Assembly: GCA_034722515.1 (NCBI GenBank)
Contig: JAYEOA010000052.1
Location: 7,653 to 71,652 of the forward strand
Origin: Thermodesulfobacteriota bacterium
GTDB lineage: Bacteria; Desulfobacterota; Desulfuromonadia; Desulfuromonadales; Desulfuromonadaceae
Reading direction: 5' to 3'
DNA length: 64,000 nt
Positions 62,538 through 64,000 of this stretch are shown here, in pieces; positions within the stretch are counted from its first letter, which is position 1, and each line of letters opens with the position of its first letter. Below the pieces are notes generated by a model. It was not told where the DNA came from. It saw nothing but the letters and a program-made list of their open reading frames with translations, and ran no database searches. The position numbers were made by a program, and so were the translations under genes.

Positions 62538-63578
62538 ATGAGCGCTGAGCAACTATCGAAAATAGATTTGAAAAATCTCAGCCCCGATGAGGTATTAGAG
62601 TTTTTGTCGGGGATGGGCAAGGAGCGTTTTCGTTGTGATCAATTATTGCGCTGGATCTACAAGCGTGGCGTGACCGATTTGAATCAGATGACTGATCTGT
62701 CTAAGGTGTTACGTGCTGAACTGGCTGATAAGGTGATTATTTCCGATTGGCAGCCCGATATTGTTGAGACCAGCAGCGATGGAACGCGTAAATATTTATT
62801 TTTCCTTGAAGATGGTTCCAGCGTTGAGACGGTACGCATCCCCATGGAAAATGAACGATCAACCTTGTGTATTTCTACCCAAGTAGGTTGTGCCATGCAG
62901 TGCGATTTTTGTCTGACGGGTAGTTTTGGTTTTACTCGCAATCTCACTACGGCTGAAATTGTCAATCAGGTGTGTGCTGTTCTCAAAGAGAGACCGATTA
63001 ATAATATTGTATTGATGGGGATGGGGGAGCCACTGCACAACCTTGATAATGTGGTGCGGGCGCTGAAAATTTTCTATGCTCCAACGGGGCTGGATTATGG
63101 CACCCGCAAGGTTACCTTGTCCACCTGTGGGCTGGTGCCGCAGATGGCAGAGCTTGGCAAACGGATTACCGTTAATTTAGCGGTATCCCTCAATGCTACT
63201 ACCGATGAAGTTCGTGATCAGCTAATGCCGGTAAATAGGCGTTATCCCCTCAGGGAGTTAATGGCGGCGTGCCGCAACTATCCGTTGCCATCCCATCGGC
63301 GCATCACCTTCGAATATATCCTTATTCGTGATCTTAATGATTCACTAGCCGATGCCAAGCGGATGATTAAATTACTCCATGGCATTAAGGCCAAGGTTAA
63401 TCTGATTCCGTTTAATGAACATGAGGGGAGCCATTATCGTTGTCCTGATCGTGATACCATAGAAGCGTTTCAGACCTATCTCCTCGATCACGATGTGGTG
63501 GCGATTCGTCGTGCCAGCAAGGGGCAGGATATTTCGGCGGCATGTGGCCAGCTCAAGGGAAAACTGGAAAAAGTGTAA
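62538..63578 (+). CDS. rlmN: 23S rRNA/tRNA adenine-C2 methyltransferase RlmN (radical SAM)
   Basis: CAMQCDFC cluster motif, GMGEPL, and a C-terminal catalytic Cys region. ATG 62538 is chosen because the track start 62478 would run through the ndk terminator. Confidence 0.92.
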   Translation: MSAEQLSKIDLKNLSPDEVLEFLSGMGKERFRCDQLLRWIYKRGVTDLNQMTDLSKVLRAELADKVIISDWQPDIVETSSDGTRKYLFFLEDGSSVETVRIPMENERSTLCISTQVGCAMQCDFCLTGSFGFTRNLTTAEIVNQVCAVLKERPINNIVLMGMGEPLHNLDNVVRALKIFYAPTGLDYGTRKVTLSTCGLVPQMAELGKRITVNLAVSLNATTDEVRDQLMPVNRRYPLRELMAACRNYPLPSHRRITFEYILIRDLNDSLADAKRMIKLLHGIKAKVNLIPFNEHEGSHYRCPDRDTIEAFQTYLLDHDVVAIRRASKGQDISAACGQLKGKLEKV

Positions 63579-63650
63579 CTAATCAGCTTGCCCAACTTGT
63601 GAGGTGCTGAGTAGTTACAAAAAATCAACCGCTTCAAGGAGAATAAACAT

Positions 63651-64000
63651 ATGGAGAAATCAGTAGCGCAAACGGTGGTCGGTGTCATTGGTGGCAGTGG
63701 TCTGTATGAGATGGAAGGGCTGACACAGGTAGAAGAGGTACGCTTACAAACCCCGTTTGGTGAGCCATCCGATGCGTATATCACCGGTATTTTAGGTGAT
63801 GTTAAGCTGGTTTTTTTGCCACGTCACGGGCGTGGACATCGCCTGTTGCCGTCCGAAGTACCCTACCGGGCCAATATCTATGGTATGAAGATGCTCGGGG
63901 TGGAGCAAATCATCTCGGTTTCGGCGGTCGGCAGTATGAAAGAGGAGATTGTTCCCGGTCATATTGTGATACCAGATCAATTTTTTGATCGTACCACCGG
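63651..64000 (+). CDS. mtnP: S-methyl-5'-thioadenosine phosphorylase, N-terminal ~116 aa (runs off the window)
   Basis: The frame from ATG 63651 reads [19 protein letters not shown]...TPFGEPSD...FLPRHGRGH...YRANI. AAGGAG upstream. No stop before 64000. Confidence 0.85.
   Translation, partial: MEKSVAQTVVGVIGGSGLYEMEGLTQVEEVRLQTPFGEPSDAYITGILGDVKLVFLPRHGRGHRLLPSEVPYRANIYGMKMLGVEQIISVSAVGSMKEEIVPGHIVIPDQFFDRTT

Noticed and set aside
1-64000. Looked for CRISPR arrays, tRNA/rRNA/tmRNA/RNase P/6S genes, retron, DGR or group II intron signatures, and prophage genes.
   Set aside because: No regularly spaced direct repeats, no cloverleaf-capable GC-rich intergenic segments, and no reverse transcriptase, integrase or phage structural ORFs were found. 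All intergenic spacers are under 400 bp.

Overview
This 64-kb chromosomal segment reads like core genome of a Desulfuromonadales-type deltaproteobacterium. That taxonomic call is inference from protein sequences and gene order only. I support about 62 protein-coding genes, densely packed and mostly housekeeping. They include dnaE (3' part), accA, rlpA, a PglC/PglF-like glycan-initiation pair, yicC-gmk-rpoZ-rel, rpmB, purM-purN-DUF523, pyrK-pyrD and a DHH-CBS-CCA nucleotidyltransferase fusion. Further along are a TPR/ExeA-like pair, mutL-miaA-hfq, tlyA, pheA-tyrA-aroA-cmk-ispH-rpsA-sppA-ihfB, lgt, typA, rph-rdgB and ndk-rlmN-mtnP (5' part). I recognised no rRNA, tRNA or CRISPR array. Five things deserve a second look. 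(1) At 46.9-51.1 kb on the minus strand, a solute-symporter-like membrane domain is fused to GAF and a PP2C phosphatase. It sits with a small membrane subunit, a STAS protein and an RsbW-like kinase, but no sigma factor. (2) At 51.2-54.7 kb there is a mosaic, partly very AT-rich accessory islet between that operon and typA. It holds an ISL3-like transposase stub, a Fic-like protein whose catalytic His is replaced, a small ORF coupled to an AlbA_2/HATPase_c_4 protein, and a ParE/RHH-type toxin-antitoxin pair bracketed by a perfect 17-bp direct repeat. (3) The two RelA/SpoT homologues are degenerate in opposite catalytic domains. (4) There are three families of short structured repeats: a 168-bp palindromic element that rewrites the 3' end of a gene, a terminator-like hairpin family, and a hairpin that embeds the stop codon of the upstream gene. 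(5) A PAS-GGDEF protein has a degenerate active site but an intact I-site. All functional calls come from reading the translated ORFs by eye; no database search was possible.
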